A stretch of DNA of 48,932 bases from a virus. Lineage: Duplodnaviria; Caudoviricetes. Position numbers and translations under genes: made by a program. Shown here one piece after another: positions 19,666 through 29,244 of this stretch (positions are counted from its first letter, which is position 1; each line of letters opens with the position of its first letter). Below the pieces are notes generated by a model. The model did not search any database and was not told the origin of the DNA. It saw only the letters and a program-made list of their open reading frames with translations. The DNA lies in IMG/VR virus record IMGVR_UViG_3300025534_000012, positions 1 to 48,932 of that record. One strand, written 5' to 3'.

Positions 19666-20706
19666 CAGACGCATTACATACGTTTTAATACGGTTTACGC
19701 TACATTTTCGTTAATTATTCGTTCAAATTCGCTAATCTTTTCTAAAAAATGGGGCTTATAATCATTATCAAGATAATCTATTAGGCTGTAAACACTAACT
19801 AAATTAGTCTTATTAGTTACCCAACGACTTCCGCCTTACGAGATATTTCGCACAAAAATCTTACCTATCGAGTTAGAAAAGTGCTACGCCAGGTTTTTTC
19901 AAGAGTTGGCGCCCCTGCGCGGAGCCGCCTGGGGGTCGCACGAAAAACGAACAATCAACGAAACAAATTCGTTTTCATTCGGAAATTATCGCTTTTAAAC
20001 CGATCATCAATCGTTATCATATACGTTATTGACTTCGGCTAAGTAAACCGTTCACTATCGCTATCAAACGTTGATTTCATGCGGTTTTCAATCGTTTATC
20101 AAACGAAAGCCAAACGCAAAGGCTAGCCGCATGTGCCGGCCTATTGCGCGGTGCCTTAACCGGCGTTGTGCCGTAAAGCCCGTAACGACGCGGTTTCCGG
20201 AAATTGTCGGAATTGTACTTAATTACGTCAAATATGTGTTATACGTACTTATCTGTTTTACGGTTGACTTCGGTTTGGTTACGTGAATGTTCGGGTCTGG
20301 CCGGCTACCCCCGTGAGTTCGGAAGGCGACGCGGTCGGCGCGGCCGGTGCTGGTGCCGCCATATTTGCGGTGACGTGCGCCGTATTTTCGCAACCATACG
20401 CCACCCCGAAACCTTCCGTATTATATGCGCGGTGAAACCGTGGCCGATGCCGGATGTCAGTCGGATGCTTATCGCGAGCATGAATCGCTAGACGGCGGCG
20501 CGGCGCGGCGGTCTTGCAAACTAACTTCATGAATTACTTCTTTGAATACACTTCGTGAAATACTTACGCGATAAGATATACACACGCCTATATACGTTTG
20601 TATAAAAGTTAGTTAGCGCGGCAAAGGTATGAGCGATAGCGAATGCCTTTGCCCGCAATTACGTAAATCTATATACGTAAATATAAATACTGTAAATCTG
20701 TATAAC

Positions 20707-20766
20707 TCGGAAATTCTCCGATCCATAATCGGAAGTTCTCCGATAATGAATCGGAAATTCTCCGAT
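20707..20766. repeat. three 16-bp iteron-like repeats at 22-bp period (putative origin)
   Basis: TCGGAA(A/G)TTCTCCGAT at 20707, 20729 and 20751; adjacent AT-rich repeats. Confidence 0.8.
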
Positions 20767-20780
20767 TATGCTTTAGCGCG

Positions 20781-21239
20781 CTAAATTAAATCGTCGATAT
20801 CGAACGCCTGCTTAACGCTTTCCAAACGTTCTTTATCCGATTGCGCCCGCTCATTTAGCCGTTCTTCGCGCGTCTTATAATCGCCAAGCAGCCCGCCATA
20901 TTTCGCGTTAAATGCCGGCTCATCAAGCGGCAACTTTACGTAATAACGGTTATTGCCTCCGAAATGATTGCGCGCCACTCGTTCGATTAGATCGTATTTT
21001 TCGAGCACATCGCGGCGTTTCTTTATCGTCTTGTCCGTCCAGCCCGTGCGCAATTCGAGGTCTTTTATCGTTGGGAAACTGTAACCGTATTCCTCGTTAA
21101 AGAAGGCGAGAAATATCACGTAAAGCATCGCATGTTCCGCGTTAAAGTCCGGCAGCCGCGTATAAAGTTGCCATAGTTGATCCGGTACCTTCGTAAAATT
21201 CCGTTTAATGTCGTCCTTTGACCGTAAATAATCGCCCAT
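20781..21239 (-). CDS. HTH replication initiator-like protein
   Basis: NFTKVP...LY...GYSFPTIKDL...TIKKRRDVLEKYDLI...NRYY pattern; iterons immediately downstream. Confidence 0.7.
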   Translation of the reverse strand: MGDYLRSKDDIKRNFTKVPDQLWQLYTRLPDFNAEHAMLYVIFLAFFNEEYGYSFPTIKDLELRTGWTDKTIKKRRDVLEKYDLIERVARNHFGGNNRYYVKLPLDEPAFNAKYGGLLGDYKTREERLNERAQSDKERLESVKQAFDIDDLI

Positions 21240-21271
21240 ATAATCGTTCCTTTCGCTTAATTTTGTTTCGC

Positions 21272-21454
21272 CTAATGCTTGCGCTCATCATACTTCGCCA
21301 AGGCCTCGTCAAGCGCCGGCCCGCGTTCAAATAGCCAAAATAGCCGGTCGGTTTTCGGATGCTTTGCGTAAGTAATAAAGCGCAGCCCGCACTCGCGAAT
21401 CAAAAAGTCGGCGAGCCGTTTCGAGTATACGAATTTAATTTTGTCGTTCAACAT
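21272..21454 (-). CDS. small DUF5659-like protein
   Basis: YSKRLADFL...HPKTDRLFWLFER. Confidence 0.55.
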   Translation of the reverse strand: MLNDKIKFVYSKRLADFLIRECGLRFITYAKHPKTDRLFWLFERGPALDEALAKYDERKH

Positions 21455-21473
21455 ACGTAATCCCCTTTCGCGT

Positions 21474-21503
21474 AAAATAAAAAAGCCCGCTAATCAGCGA
21501 GCG
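21474..21503 (-). terminator. intrinsic terminator
   Basis: GCTCGCT-GATT-AGCGGGC followed by TTTTTTATTTT. Confidence 0.65.
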
Positions 21504-21684
21504 ACTTCGTAATAATGCGCCCACGGCCGTAACCGCGAGCGTGCGAAGGGCCGTAGCCACATCGCGTTATTCCCTTTTCAAAAACGGCAGACAATTCGCT
21601 TGTTCACGTTTTGCCGCCTTCATTTGTTCTAGTACGCCTTAATTTGCGTTTGTTCACGTTTTAAAAATGCGATACACGATTTTG

Positions 21685-22242
21685 TCACTTTTTACCGTTA
21701 AAGTTCACGTTATAACGGCGCATCGATCCGTTAAATTTACGTTTATCTTCGTTATCACTCGGCATTCTAACGTATTCAAAATGCGATCCTTTTTCGTCCA
21801 TTGACGGCTTTGGTTCACGATATGTGTTACCGTCATCGTTCATTATTTTTCCGTCAATTAACATGTCCGGCAATTCGCGTTTTTTGCGTCTATACCGTTG
21901 TGGTGCGGTTAATACTTCCGCGTCAATGTCGCCGTGTTCCGCCCCTTTCAGTAACCACGTCGCCAGCCGATCGAGTTGCCTTGCGTCGGGCCGCTCGCCG
22001 GTTGCCGCGATGTATCGCTCGATCAATTCGTCGACTCTCCGGATCTTCTCCGCGAATAATTGCGCTATCGTATCGAGATCATCTTCGATTTTTTCTGCGA
22101 CTACCTCATCCGATTTAACCATTTGTAGTTCGTGTTGCCATCGTTTTATTTCCGCATTCAGCTCGCCAATCCGCGCATTCAAATCGCTCGCCCACAAATT
22201 GTCGACCGCGGCGACAAAAATCGATTTATAATCGCTGCTCAC
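21685..22242 (-). CDS. hypothetical protein
   Basis: 185 aa, GTGA-coupled. Confidence 0.65.
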   Translation of the reverse strand: MSSDYKSIFVAAVDNLWASDLNARIGELNAEIKRWQHELQMVKSDEVVAEKIEDDLDTIAQLFAEKIRRVDELIERYIAATGERPDARQLDRLATWLLKGAEHGDIDAEVLTAPQRYRRKKRELPDMLIDGKIMNDDGNTYREPKPSMDEKGSHFEYVRMPSDNEDKRKFNGSMRRYNVNFNGKK

Positions 22243-22628
22243 TCGCTGCTACCCGCCTCCATCCATTTGTGTATTTTCGGTCTAAACGTATCTATCAGCT
22301 GGATATAAGCTGTATCGTACCCGACAATCGGAATACCCCAGCCGACTTGCGAAGTTCGGCGCCAAACATATTCTTCAACGTCCGCAGTAGATTCAAAATG
22401 ACGTTGTAAATTCGTTTCCAACAACCGTTCTACCCACGACTCACAAGCGATGTAGTATATTAATCTAGCGTCCGTTTTTGGAGGACGCTTTAGTATTGTT
22501 TGAGTTCGCGACCAACCCAGCGCTTTGTCTATGATTGATCGCATGAGGTCAGCGTTGAAATGTTCGAGTGTTACTTCCGAATCTATTAGCGATTTAAGTT
22601 CACGAAAGTATTGCTGCTGTTTCGTCAT
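22239..22628 (-). CDS. hypothetical protein
   Basis: 129 aa, RBS present, coupled to the next gene. Confidence 0.6.
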   Translation of the reverse strand: MTKQQQYFRELKSLIDSEVTLEHFNADLMRSIIDKALGWSRTQTILKRPPKTDARLIYYIACESWVERLLETNLQRHFESTADVEEYVWRRTSQVGWGIPIVGYDTAYIQLIDTFRPKIHKWMEAGSSE

Positions 22629-22649
22629 TCAATCACCGTCCATTTTCCG

Positions 22650-23642
22650 TTACTCGGTATATTCGTCACTCACGTTTTCGAGGCGCTGATTAGCGATCTT
22701 AACGTATTCCGGCTCGCGCTCGAATCCGATGAAATTTCGTTTCAATTTCGCCGCAGCAACCGCTGTTGTTCCGCTTCCCATGAAGCAATCGAGCACAATC
22801 GCGCCTTCGTTTGAACTGTGGCGAATGATATTTTCGATTAGTTCAACGGGTTTTGGCGTTATATGGCCGATTTTCGGGGCGATTTCATAATTCCAAACGG
22901 AATGGTGCGTTTTTTGATTGTTGAATACGTAGCGTTGATTTTCGTATTCTTCGCGAAGTGATTCGTAGTTTCGGAAACCGCTCCATTCATCGATTTTGAA
23001 AACATCAATCAATTCGTTATATGTCTCGGTGGTAGGTAAATCCCATTGTGTCGATTTCCAATAAAAAGCGTGCTCTGCCTTTCGATGCCCTAGAGTTTTA
23101 TTTATTTCGCTAATTTTTAAACCTATAAAACTTTGCAATTCGCGAAAGTAGTTTCGTAGTGACTGAAATCCGAATCCTTCTTTATCCACTCCGTAATCGT
23201 CCTGAAACGTATAAAACAAACAATATTCCGCCATTTGCTGATAATTTCGAAGTCCGCCCGTTTCTACAAACCCGTCGAGAAATCCTTTATTCCGCGCGCC
23301 TTCAAACCGTTTATTCCATACGATAAACTGTTTAAATACAAACGTTGTATTTTCGCAAAGCGCCCGATGCAACTCGACGATCTGCTCGAAATCGTTGTGA
23401 AACCAGTAAAACGAACCGTTCGGCTTCAACACGCGTTCACACTCGCGAAATACATCCGTCATCCACGCCACGTAATCGTCAACGCTCCGCCATTTATCCC
23501 AACGTTTGTCCTTTCCTATGTTATACGGCGGATCAATCACGATAAGGTCAACGCTATCATCCGGCAACAATCGCATCCCATCGATACAGTCCATCTGATA
23601 TATCCGGTCAAGTTCGAGATCACCGAGTAATTTTTTCGTCAC
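22650..23642 (-). CDS. beta-class N6A/N4C DNA methyltransferase
   Basis: DPPY motif before HITPKP and DCFMGSGTT; GTG start at 23642. Confidence 0.92.
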   Translation of the reverse strand: MTKKLLGDLELDRIYQMDCIDGMRLLPDDSVDLIVIDPPYNIGKDKRWDKWRSVDDYVAWMTDVFRECERVLKPNGSFYWFHNDFEQIVELHRALCENTTFVFKQFIVWNKRFEGARNKGFLDGFVETGGLRNYQQMAEYCLFYTFQDDYGVDKEGFGFQSLRNYFRELQSFIGLKISEINKTLGHRKAEHAFYWKSTQWDLPTTETYNELIDVFKIDEWSGFRNYESLREEYENQRYVFNNQKTHHSVWNYEIAPKIGHITPKPVELIENIIRHSSNEGAIVLDCFMGSGTTAVAAAKLKRNFIGFEREPEYVKIANQRLENVSDEYTE

Positions 23643-24042
23643 ACAATCGCTCCCATCCATAATAAGATCGCGCCCATTCCGCGTACACGTCTTCGCCGCC
23701 CCAACCGTTGGCCTCCGCCATCCGCGCAATCGCCCGCTGAATCAAATTATTCACGCCCGATTTGCTCGCGAGGCCAAGCGCGGCGGCCGCCTCCTCCTGC
23801 GTCATCCCCTCGATAAACACCGCAACAATCGCCGCAAATTGCTTGTCGGTTAGCTCCGCGCGGTCCATCGTCACGAAAAAATCGAGCAACACGTCGACCG
23901 CATCGTAGTCACCCGCTTCGACCGCGGCAACCAATCGCCAATAATCGTCAAGCACCGCGCGAATCCCGTAAGGCGTATCGAGCGGGTATTTAGCGTCATA
24001 CTCGCGAGCACGGCGTTGAGTGTCGATGTGCGAAACTCCGAT
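23620..24042 (-). CDS. sigma-70 region 4-like HTH regulator
   Basis: LTDKQFAAI...EGMTQEEAAAALG; frame extends to ATC at 24042 after GGAGTGAGG. Confidence 0.7.
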   Translation of the reverse strand: MGVSHIDTQRRAREYDAKYPLDTPYGIRAVLDDYWRLVAAVEAGDYDAVDVLLDFFVTMDRAELTDKQFAAIVAVFIEGMTQEEAAAALGLASKSGVNNLIQRAIARMAEANGWGGEDVYAEWARSYYGWERLCDEKITR

Positions 24043-24087
24043 AAGCCCTCACTCCCTCGGTTTTATCTCCGTTTCGGACCGCGCCCA

Positions 24088-24513
24088 TTAGCCGTCTACC
24101 TCAATTTCTTCCAACATACGTTTGATTTTCGCCCAACTTCCGCCTGCTATGCCGATTTTCGTCCATTCCGGGAATTTCGTCTTGTTAATCGCTTCTTTAA
24201 ACATATTGTCGCGAAAGTATTCCTCTAGTATTGGCATCCATACAAGGCCAATAAATAACGTTTCTATACATGCGTCCCATAACGCTCGAATATCGAACTC
24301 ATGGCGCCGAACGTAGTTAATGTATACATTACGCATGACGCCTGCTGTATGGCTGCCTTTTAACGCGATTTCGGTGAGGTTTTCCGGTGTCAATTTGCCA
24401 CTAAGGACTTCATATTTTGCACGAATAAATTTTTCGTATTCGATATAATCTGTTACCCCTTTTAATAGTGCGTCACTCATTACGTTTACCTGTTGGATGA
24501 ATTCTGCGCCCAT
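24088..24513 (-). CDS. hypothetical protein
   Basis: GGAGG RBS and ATG at 24513. Confidence 0.6.
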   Translation of the reverse strand: MGAEFIQQVNVMSDALLKGVTDYIEYEKFIRAKYEVLSGKLTPENLTEIALKGSHTAGVMRNVYINYVRRHEFDIRALWDACIETLFIGLVWMPILEEYFRDNMFKEAINKTKFPEWTKIGIAGGSWAKIKRMLEEIEVDG

Positions 24514-24538
24514 TAGTCGGTCGCCTCCATCGCGCTTA

Positions 24539-24736
24539 TTATTGGCGTATGCTCGCCGCCCATTCTTGCGCAAGGCCGTCGTCGGCTGGCGTAAAGAAAC
24601 GTTCGCACTTTGCGTTAGTGCCGTCCGAGCACGGGTCAAGCGTAAAATGAAATTCGTCATTCAACCGATCGAAAAACGCTTGTGGCGTCGCCCATAAATC
24701 GGTATTACTCGAAAATAACGCCTTGTTTATCGTCAA
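24539..24736 (-). pseudogene. truncated phage Dam-like N6-adenine methyltransferase
   Basis: FSS.TDLWATPQAFFDRL..EFHFTLDPC...DDGLAQEW, then a stop before the NPPY motif. Confidence 0.75.
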
Positions 24737-24762
24737 TTTATCGCCTCCTGCGAATATTCCGC

Positions 24763-24791
24763 TTGTTTTCCGTCAATACTTCGTATATAAT
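24763..24791 (+). promoter_or_regulatory. sigmaA-like promoter
   Basis: TTGTTT-17-TATAAT upstream of the gene at 24824. Confidence 0.55.
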
Positions 24792-24823
24792 AACCATAAA
24801 TAACGCTGAACGGAGTGTGACGT

Positions 24824-25210
24824 ATGCAATCTTTCGAATGGATTTCGAGTGAAACGCGTACCGGCGAATACATTACGATCGACTCGCTCTCGCGCCTATA
24901 CTTGTCGTCGGGCGCCGCGAAGTTGCTTGGCATTACCGAATGGCCTGCGCATGTTTACGTTGGCTACGATAAAGTCAATAAGCGCATTATTGTCGGTAAA
25001 GCCGGCGTCGTGCGCCCGGCCGACGTAAGACCGTACAAATTCGATGAGCGGCGCTATGCTTACGCGAAGCAATTCGTAGGCGCGATTGGCTTAACGAAAG
25101 CCGATTTGCCGCAGCGGTATGTTTACGTTGGGCGCGACCACTCGGTTGGCGTGCCTGATGGCGCGATGTCGTTCCAACTAGAAGGTTACACCGCCCCGGA
25201 CGAAGGTTGA
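24824..25210 (+). CDS. hypothetical protein, possibly AbrB/MraZ-like
   Basis: Own promoter and GGAG RBS; ITIDSLSRLYL resembles a swapped-hairpin start. Confidence 0.6.
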   Translation: MQSFEWISSETRTGEYITIDSLSRLYLSSGAAKLLGITEWPAHVYVGYDKVNKRIIVGKAGVVRPADVRPYKFDERRYAYAKQFVGAIGLTKADLPQRYVYVGRDHSVGVPDGAMSFQLEGYTAPDEG

Positions 25211-25794
25211 ACTTTTTCACATATGAATCTAAAATAGAAATTTCTATATCGTGACATAGCATGTCTATTACATTGCATTGATACAGTGCTAATAGGCACG
25301 CTATTTTCTTTACTCGCCGCAAATACACTCGGATATATTTTTATTAATTTCCCAGTAAGATCATATTTCCCTACTTGTTTTGCGGATTTTTTACCATTTA
25401 TTGCCCCATATTTACTACCTAGTTCCCGCGCATGCTTTGATACTTTCTCTTTATTAACTAGTCCTAATCTAATTGCATGAAGTTGATTTTCGCTACTATT
25501 CACCCACTCCAAATTACTGACATTATTATTATCCTTGCGCCCATCGATATGATTTACTTGGGTTTTATCTTTTTGCATGGGTATAAAAGCTAGTGCGACT
25601 AATCTATGAATCTTATATGTCTTCCTCTTTCCGCCATAAAACAATTCAACATACGGATAACCATCTTTATCATTATTCGATTTTCTGATTTTTCCAGTTA
25701 ATATAGATCGAACATTTCCAAAAGAAGATACTTCATAATTATTGCCACACTCGACAACGCCTTTTAAGGAATGCCATTGTTCAACCCCAGTCAA
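25186..25794 (-). CDS. NUMOD4-HNH-NUMOD1 homing endonuclease
   Basis: YEVSSFGNVRS, HRLVALAFI, VNHIDGRKDNN..SNLEW; AT-rich; TTG start at 25794. Confidence 0.92.
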   Translation of the reverse strand: MTGVEQWHSLKGVVECGNNYEVSSFGNVRSILTGKIRKSNNDKDGYPYVELFYGGKRKTYKIHRLVALAFIPMQKDKTQVNHIDGRKDNNNVSNLEWVNSSENQLHAIRLGLVNKEKVSKHARELGSKYGAINGKKSAKQVGKYDLTGKLIKIYPSVFAASKENSVPISTVSMQCNRHAMSRYRNFYFRFICEKVQPSSGAV

Positions 25795-26000
25795 TCCTCC
25801 ACCTCCTTTGCGTCCTGCTCTTCGCCCCAACAACTGATGCATAACGTCCGGTGGTCGGGCGTCAACTTCGCCATATCGTTCCAGCCGATTTCCTTGCGGC
25901 ACTCATCGCAATATTGACGTTCCTCGCGCGACCCTGCGTAATGCATGTCGGGGCCGTCGGCGTCAAACCGCGCCATTTCGCGCAATTGCCAATCGCTCAT
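25791..26000 (-). CDS. small zinc-finger protein
   Basis: CDEC...CISC. Confidence 0.55.
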   Translation of the reverse strand: MSDWQLREMARFDADGPDMHYAGSREERQYCDECRKEIGWNDMAKLTPDHRTLCISCWGEEQDAKEVED

Positions 26001-26725
26001 TCAACCGCCTCCTTTGCGAACATCGTGTTAACCAACCGCGTTAAGTCGCTTTCATGCCCGCGCGGTACCGGATTTACGATATGTTCCGGCATTTGTCCGG
26101 GCGATTCCACCAATGGTTCATAACGTTTCTCAACCCACTCAACCGCAAGGTACTTCGCTAATTCATCCGTATACGGCATTACGTTGAGTGACGAAAATGC
26201 GAGGTGATTATCGGTATCATTTTGAACGAAAAATGCGCCGTATGCCTTGCGCGACAATACGTCACAATGCACGATAACCGCGTTCATACCGCGAATTAAC
26301 GTATTGAACAGCAGAAACGGAATTGCGCGGTCGCTCAACTCCTCGCAATGGTAAACGTACCACGACGGCCGGTAATCGAATGGGCTATGTTTGTAGCGGT
26401 CATTATTCCACGCGGTGATCGTCATACCGCCGGTGCCTGCGCCCGGTTCATAGCGTAAGCCGTCGTCGGTTGGCGAGTTGCCGACTAATTTCGTAACTAA
26501 TTCGGCTACACTTTGTGGCGTAAAGTCTTGCTTATGCGTTTTTCGTTGTGCGTGTTCCTCCTGAAAATAATCGTGAAACCAGTCGTACGTAACATCGTAA
26601 TTAAACGCCTCTAAAAACCGCTTGAATAGCGCTTCTCGCCGCGGCCGGTTGCGCAATATTTCCATTAGCTTGCCCGGCGCTTGGTATGAATCGTTAATGC
26701 CGAGTAACTCGTTAATAACGCTTAT
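25997..26725 (-). CDS. N-6 DNA methylase-like (HsdM-type SAM-binding) protein
   Basis: QDFTPQSV, EPGAGTGGM, ELSDRA; probable ATA start at 26725. Confidence 0.75.
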   Translation of the reverse strand: MSVINELLGINDSYQAPGKLMEILRNRPRREALFKRFLEAFNYDVTYDWFHDYFQEEHAQRKTHKQDFTPQSVAELVTKLVGNSPTDDGLRYEPGAGTGGMTITAWNNDRYKHSPFDYRPSWYVYHCEELSDRAIPFLLFNTLIRGMNAVIVHCDVLSRKAYGAFFVQNDTDNHLAFSSLNVMPYTDELAKYLAVEWVEKRYEPLVESPGQMPEHIVNPVPRGHESDLTRLVNTMFAKEAVE

Positions 26726-27306
26726 AAAAACCGCCTCCTTTCGCGCCGCGGCTCAACGCCAAGCGTGCGCATGATTTCGTCGACTTGCGTCCATAAATCG
26801 TCAAGCGAGCCGTCGTTTGTCACCTCGTAATCAACCGCAAACCCGTCCACCGCCATTTCCGTCGGGTGCTCGAAGTCCCGCGCGCTAAAGTCGTCGCCCG
26901 CCTGCTTGGCGCGAGCCAGTCGCAATTCGTCCGGCGCCGTCACGCGAATAACCGTAAAGCCCTCCGCGCGCAGCCGATTGAGTTCGTGCTGCTTGCGTAA
27001 ATCCGTAATAGCGATGCGGCTAACGTTCTCTGCGCCAAGCCAGCGAATATCATCGGCAATTTTCGTAAATGTGGCGTCGATGAAAATGTCGGGGTCGTAT
27101 TCGCAAAGATGCTCGCCAAGCGTTTGCAACAGTGCGCGCGGTTTGCGATCGGCGTCGAATTTGTCGCGGTAAAGGCGCTTGGCAACGTCTTTGAGCGCGT
27201 CGCCAAATGCATACGTATGAAAGCCGTATGTGCCCGCTAAGTGCACCGCAACCGTGTCCTTGCCGGCTCGCGCCTTGCCGCAGAGGGCGATTTTAGCCGG
27301 CTTCAT
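26722..27306 (-). CDS. deoxynucleoside monophosphate kinase
   Basis: GKARAGKDT P-loop, AFGDALK, RALLQTLG, ITDLR, NDGSL. Confidence 0.85.
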   Translation of the reverse strand: MKPAKIALCGKARAGKDTVAVHLAGTYGFHTYAFGDALKDVAKRLYRDKFDADRKPRALLQTLGEHLCEYDPDIFIDATFTKIADDIRWLGAENVSRIAITDLRKQHELNRLRAEGFTVIRVTAPDELRLARAKQAGDDFSARDFEHPTEMAVDGFAVDYEVTNDGSLDDLWTQVDEIMRTLGVEPRRERRRFL

Positions 27307-27851
27307 TCGTCCATCGCCCGCATTTGTGTTATTTTCTCTAGCCTTTCGTTATGCAACCGTTCGGACTCGCGAATTAAGTCGAGCCGGAGGTCAAGCGGTA
27401 GGTCGGCGCGAAGGATTGCGAGCTGGAGTTCGGCCATTGGTGCGGTGTGTTGCGAGTTCGATTCGTCTAAGTCCGCTTCCACGTGGCCTAACCGCGATAA
27501 TATCTCGTCAATAGCGGCTTCTTGTGCGTCGACCTTTTCGATCAGCTTCGCAACTTTTAACGCAAGGTTGGCGATGGCTTCGTGTTGTGTTTGCGGGCCG
27601 GTTGGCGGTTCAATCGGTTCGAGTACGCGATAGCCATTAGGGCCAAATCCGCCTACTTCTCCGCCGTCCTCCGTTTCATACCATTCAGATTTATCAAAGA
27701 AAACCCACCCATCGTCGTTAATTTTCGTTACTGTTACGACGATGCCATTCCTCATTCCGTTATAAACATACGTTACTTTATCGCCAACTTCCGCCTTGCG
27801 ATCAACTTCGCGGTAAAATTTACCGTCATGCTCGATAATTTGGCTGCTCAT
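27303..27851 (-). CDS. hypothetical protein
   Basis: 182 aa; YREVDRKAEVGD SH3-like start plus coiled coil. Confidence 0.65.
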   Translation of the reverse strand: MSSQIIEHDGKFYREVDRKAEVGDKVTYVYNGMRNGIVVTVTKINDDGWVFFDKSEWYETEDGGEVGGFGPNGYRVLEPIEPPTGPQTQHEAIANLALKVAKLIEKVDAQEAAIDEILSRLGHVEADLDESNSQHTAPMAELQLAILRADLPLDLRLDLIRESERLHNERLEKITQMRAMDE

Positions 27852-28046
27852 TCATTCGCCCTCCTTCGCTATAAAACAGTGGAAATCGTCGTCGCAGCTT
27901 TCGTGCGCCATGACTCTAATCCCTTTCGCTTCACAAATGCCCTCACCCGCAAAACCGTCCTTACCTTCGTAATCATCGCGATAGTGAATACAAAAATCGC
28001 AAATCGGACCAATCTCGCGGCAAGCATCGGAACAAAAAATCGCCAC
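27852..28046 (-). CDS. small Cys-rich protein
   Basis: Seven Cys in 64 aa. Confidence 0.55.
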   Translation of the reverse strand: MAIFCSDACREIGPICDFCIHYRDDYEGKDGFAGEGICEAKGIRVMAHESCDDDFHCFIAKEGE

Positions 28047-28442
28047 TTATTCGTCGCCCCCTTCGTTAAAAATCGTCACCGTCACGTGCTCACGCCGACC
28101 CCACGCCAGCGCATCGGCCAGCCGCGGAATAAACACGTCAATTTCACGCCCGTTAATCGCCCCGCCAACGTCGCCAGCAACCGCGTAGCCGTAGCCATCG
28201 ACGTACACACGCGAGCCAAGCGGAATGACCGCAGGGTCTACCGCAATGACTTTACGATCGGGATGCGCTCGTAAATCGATGCCCGTCGCGGTCACGCCGG
28301 AACAACCGAGACAATAGGCGGTGTAGGCCGTTGCCGTGACGTGAATGCGCTTCGGTGGCGGCGGCGGGTGTGGGTCGACTACAGCCGTAGGGTCGCCGCG
28401 AAATAGAATAAATGCCGTCAGTAGATTCGTTAGAATATTGAT
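28047..28442 (-). CDS. 3D-domain (MltA-like) cell-wall protein
   Basis: TATAY, IAVDPAVIPLGS, AGDVGGAI.G.EIDVF; hydrophobic N-terminus; probable ATC start at 28442. Confidence 0.88.
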   Translation of the reverse strand: MNILTNLLTAFILFRGDPTAVVDPHPPPPPKRIHVTATAYTAYCLGCSGVTATGIDLRAHPDRKVIAVDPAVIPLGSRVYVDGYGYAVAGDVGGAINGREIDVFIPRLADALAWGRREHVTVTIFNEGGDE

Positions 28443-28446
28443 ACGA

Positions 28447-29163
28447 TCACTCCTTCGTATGTGCGAGCAGTTCCGGTAAAGCAACCGGAAACTTTTCGCG
28501 AGCTAATTCGTGGACTGCTTTCGCGTATTGTTGAATTTCGTACTGCGCGTCGTGTTCCAGCCGTTGCGCGAGGAAATGCGCGACTGATTGCAGGCTTGCC
28601 GTCCAGTACCAACGTACGTACATACCGTAGGCCGGAAGGAATAAACGGGCTTGCTCGGGCGCGACTCCTAATTCCATAGCCTTTTCGTATAACCTGACGC
28701 CTTCCTTGATATATTCTTCTAACCTATACGTCGTTTCCTCAGCAATTAAAAAGTCGTCTATTGGGTCGCCGGAGCCTTGCTTTTTGTTTTCCGGAGCCGA
28801 ACGCCACTCGTCGACTTTCGGAACATAAAACGTTGGCTCTTCGGTTACATAACGCCGGCTCGACTCGTTCCATGCGTTTTGACTTTCGAGATGCGCGCTA
28901 GATACCGCATATTTATACCACTGCCGTGCGACCATCAGCGGCGCATATACCTCGAATTGCAGCGTTGCGTGCCGGAATGGCGACGTGTGGCCGTTCCGCG
29001 CAAGGAACCGAATCAGCCGCTCGTCTTTTTCGCGAAGTACATCCGTTGCCTTATCGTAGCTCACTCGCGCGGCGTTAACGATGGTTACGTCGGATCCCAT
29101 TACGTCGACTAAACGGACGTAACCGTGATCTAGGACGTTAATTTTAGTCGTAGTTTCGGTCAT
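28447..29163 (-). CDS. thyX: flavin-dependent thymidylate synthase
   Basis: AARVS, HTSPF, NESSRRY, EQARLFLP, HDAQYEI. Confidence 0.92.
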   Translation of the reverse strand: MTETTTKINVLDHGYVRLVDVMGSDVTIVNAARVSYDKATDVLREKDERLIRFLARNGHTSPFRHATLQFEVYAPLMVARQWYKYAVSSAHLESQNAWNESSRRYVTEEPTFYVPKVDEWRSAPENKKQGSGDPIDDFLIAEETTYRLEEYIKEGVRLYEKAMELGVAPEQARLFLPAYGMYVRWYWTASLQSVAHFLAQRLEHDAQYEIQQYAKAVHELAREKFPVALPELLAHTKE

Positions 29164-29183
29164 ATTTACACCATCCTTCCGTA

Positions 29184-29212
29184 TTGACTTTGCGTTGACT
29201 TTGCGTTATAAT
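29184..29212 (+). promoter_or_regulatory. near-consensus sigmaA promoter
   Basis: TTGACT-17-TATAAT. Confidence 0.75.
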
Positions 29213-29244
29213 ATCGTAAAACAGCCGTAAAGGAGTCGATTACC

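Noticed and set aside
20071-20530. Short ORFs in the non-coding region and most plus-strand ORFs in the track
   Set aside because: They lack an RBS or recognisable motifs, and most are antisense shadows of real genes.
20707-20766. Second CRISPR array
   Set aside because: The units are 16 bp with 6-bp gaps, which fits iterons.
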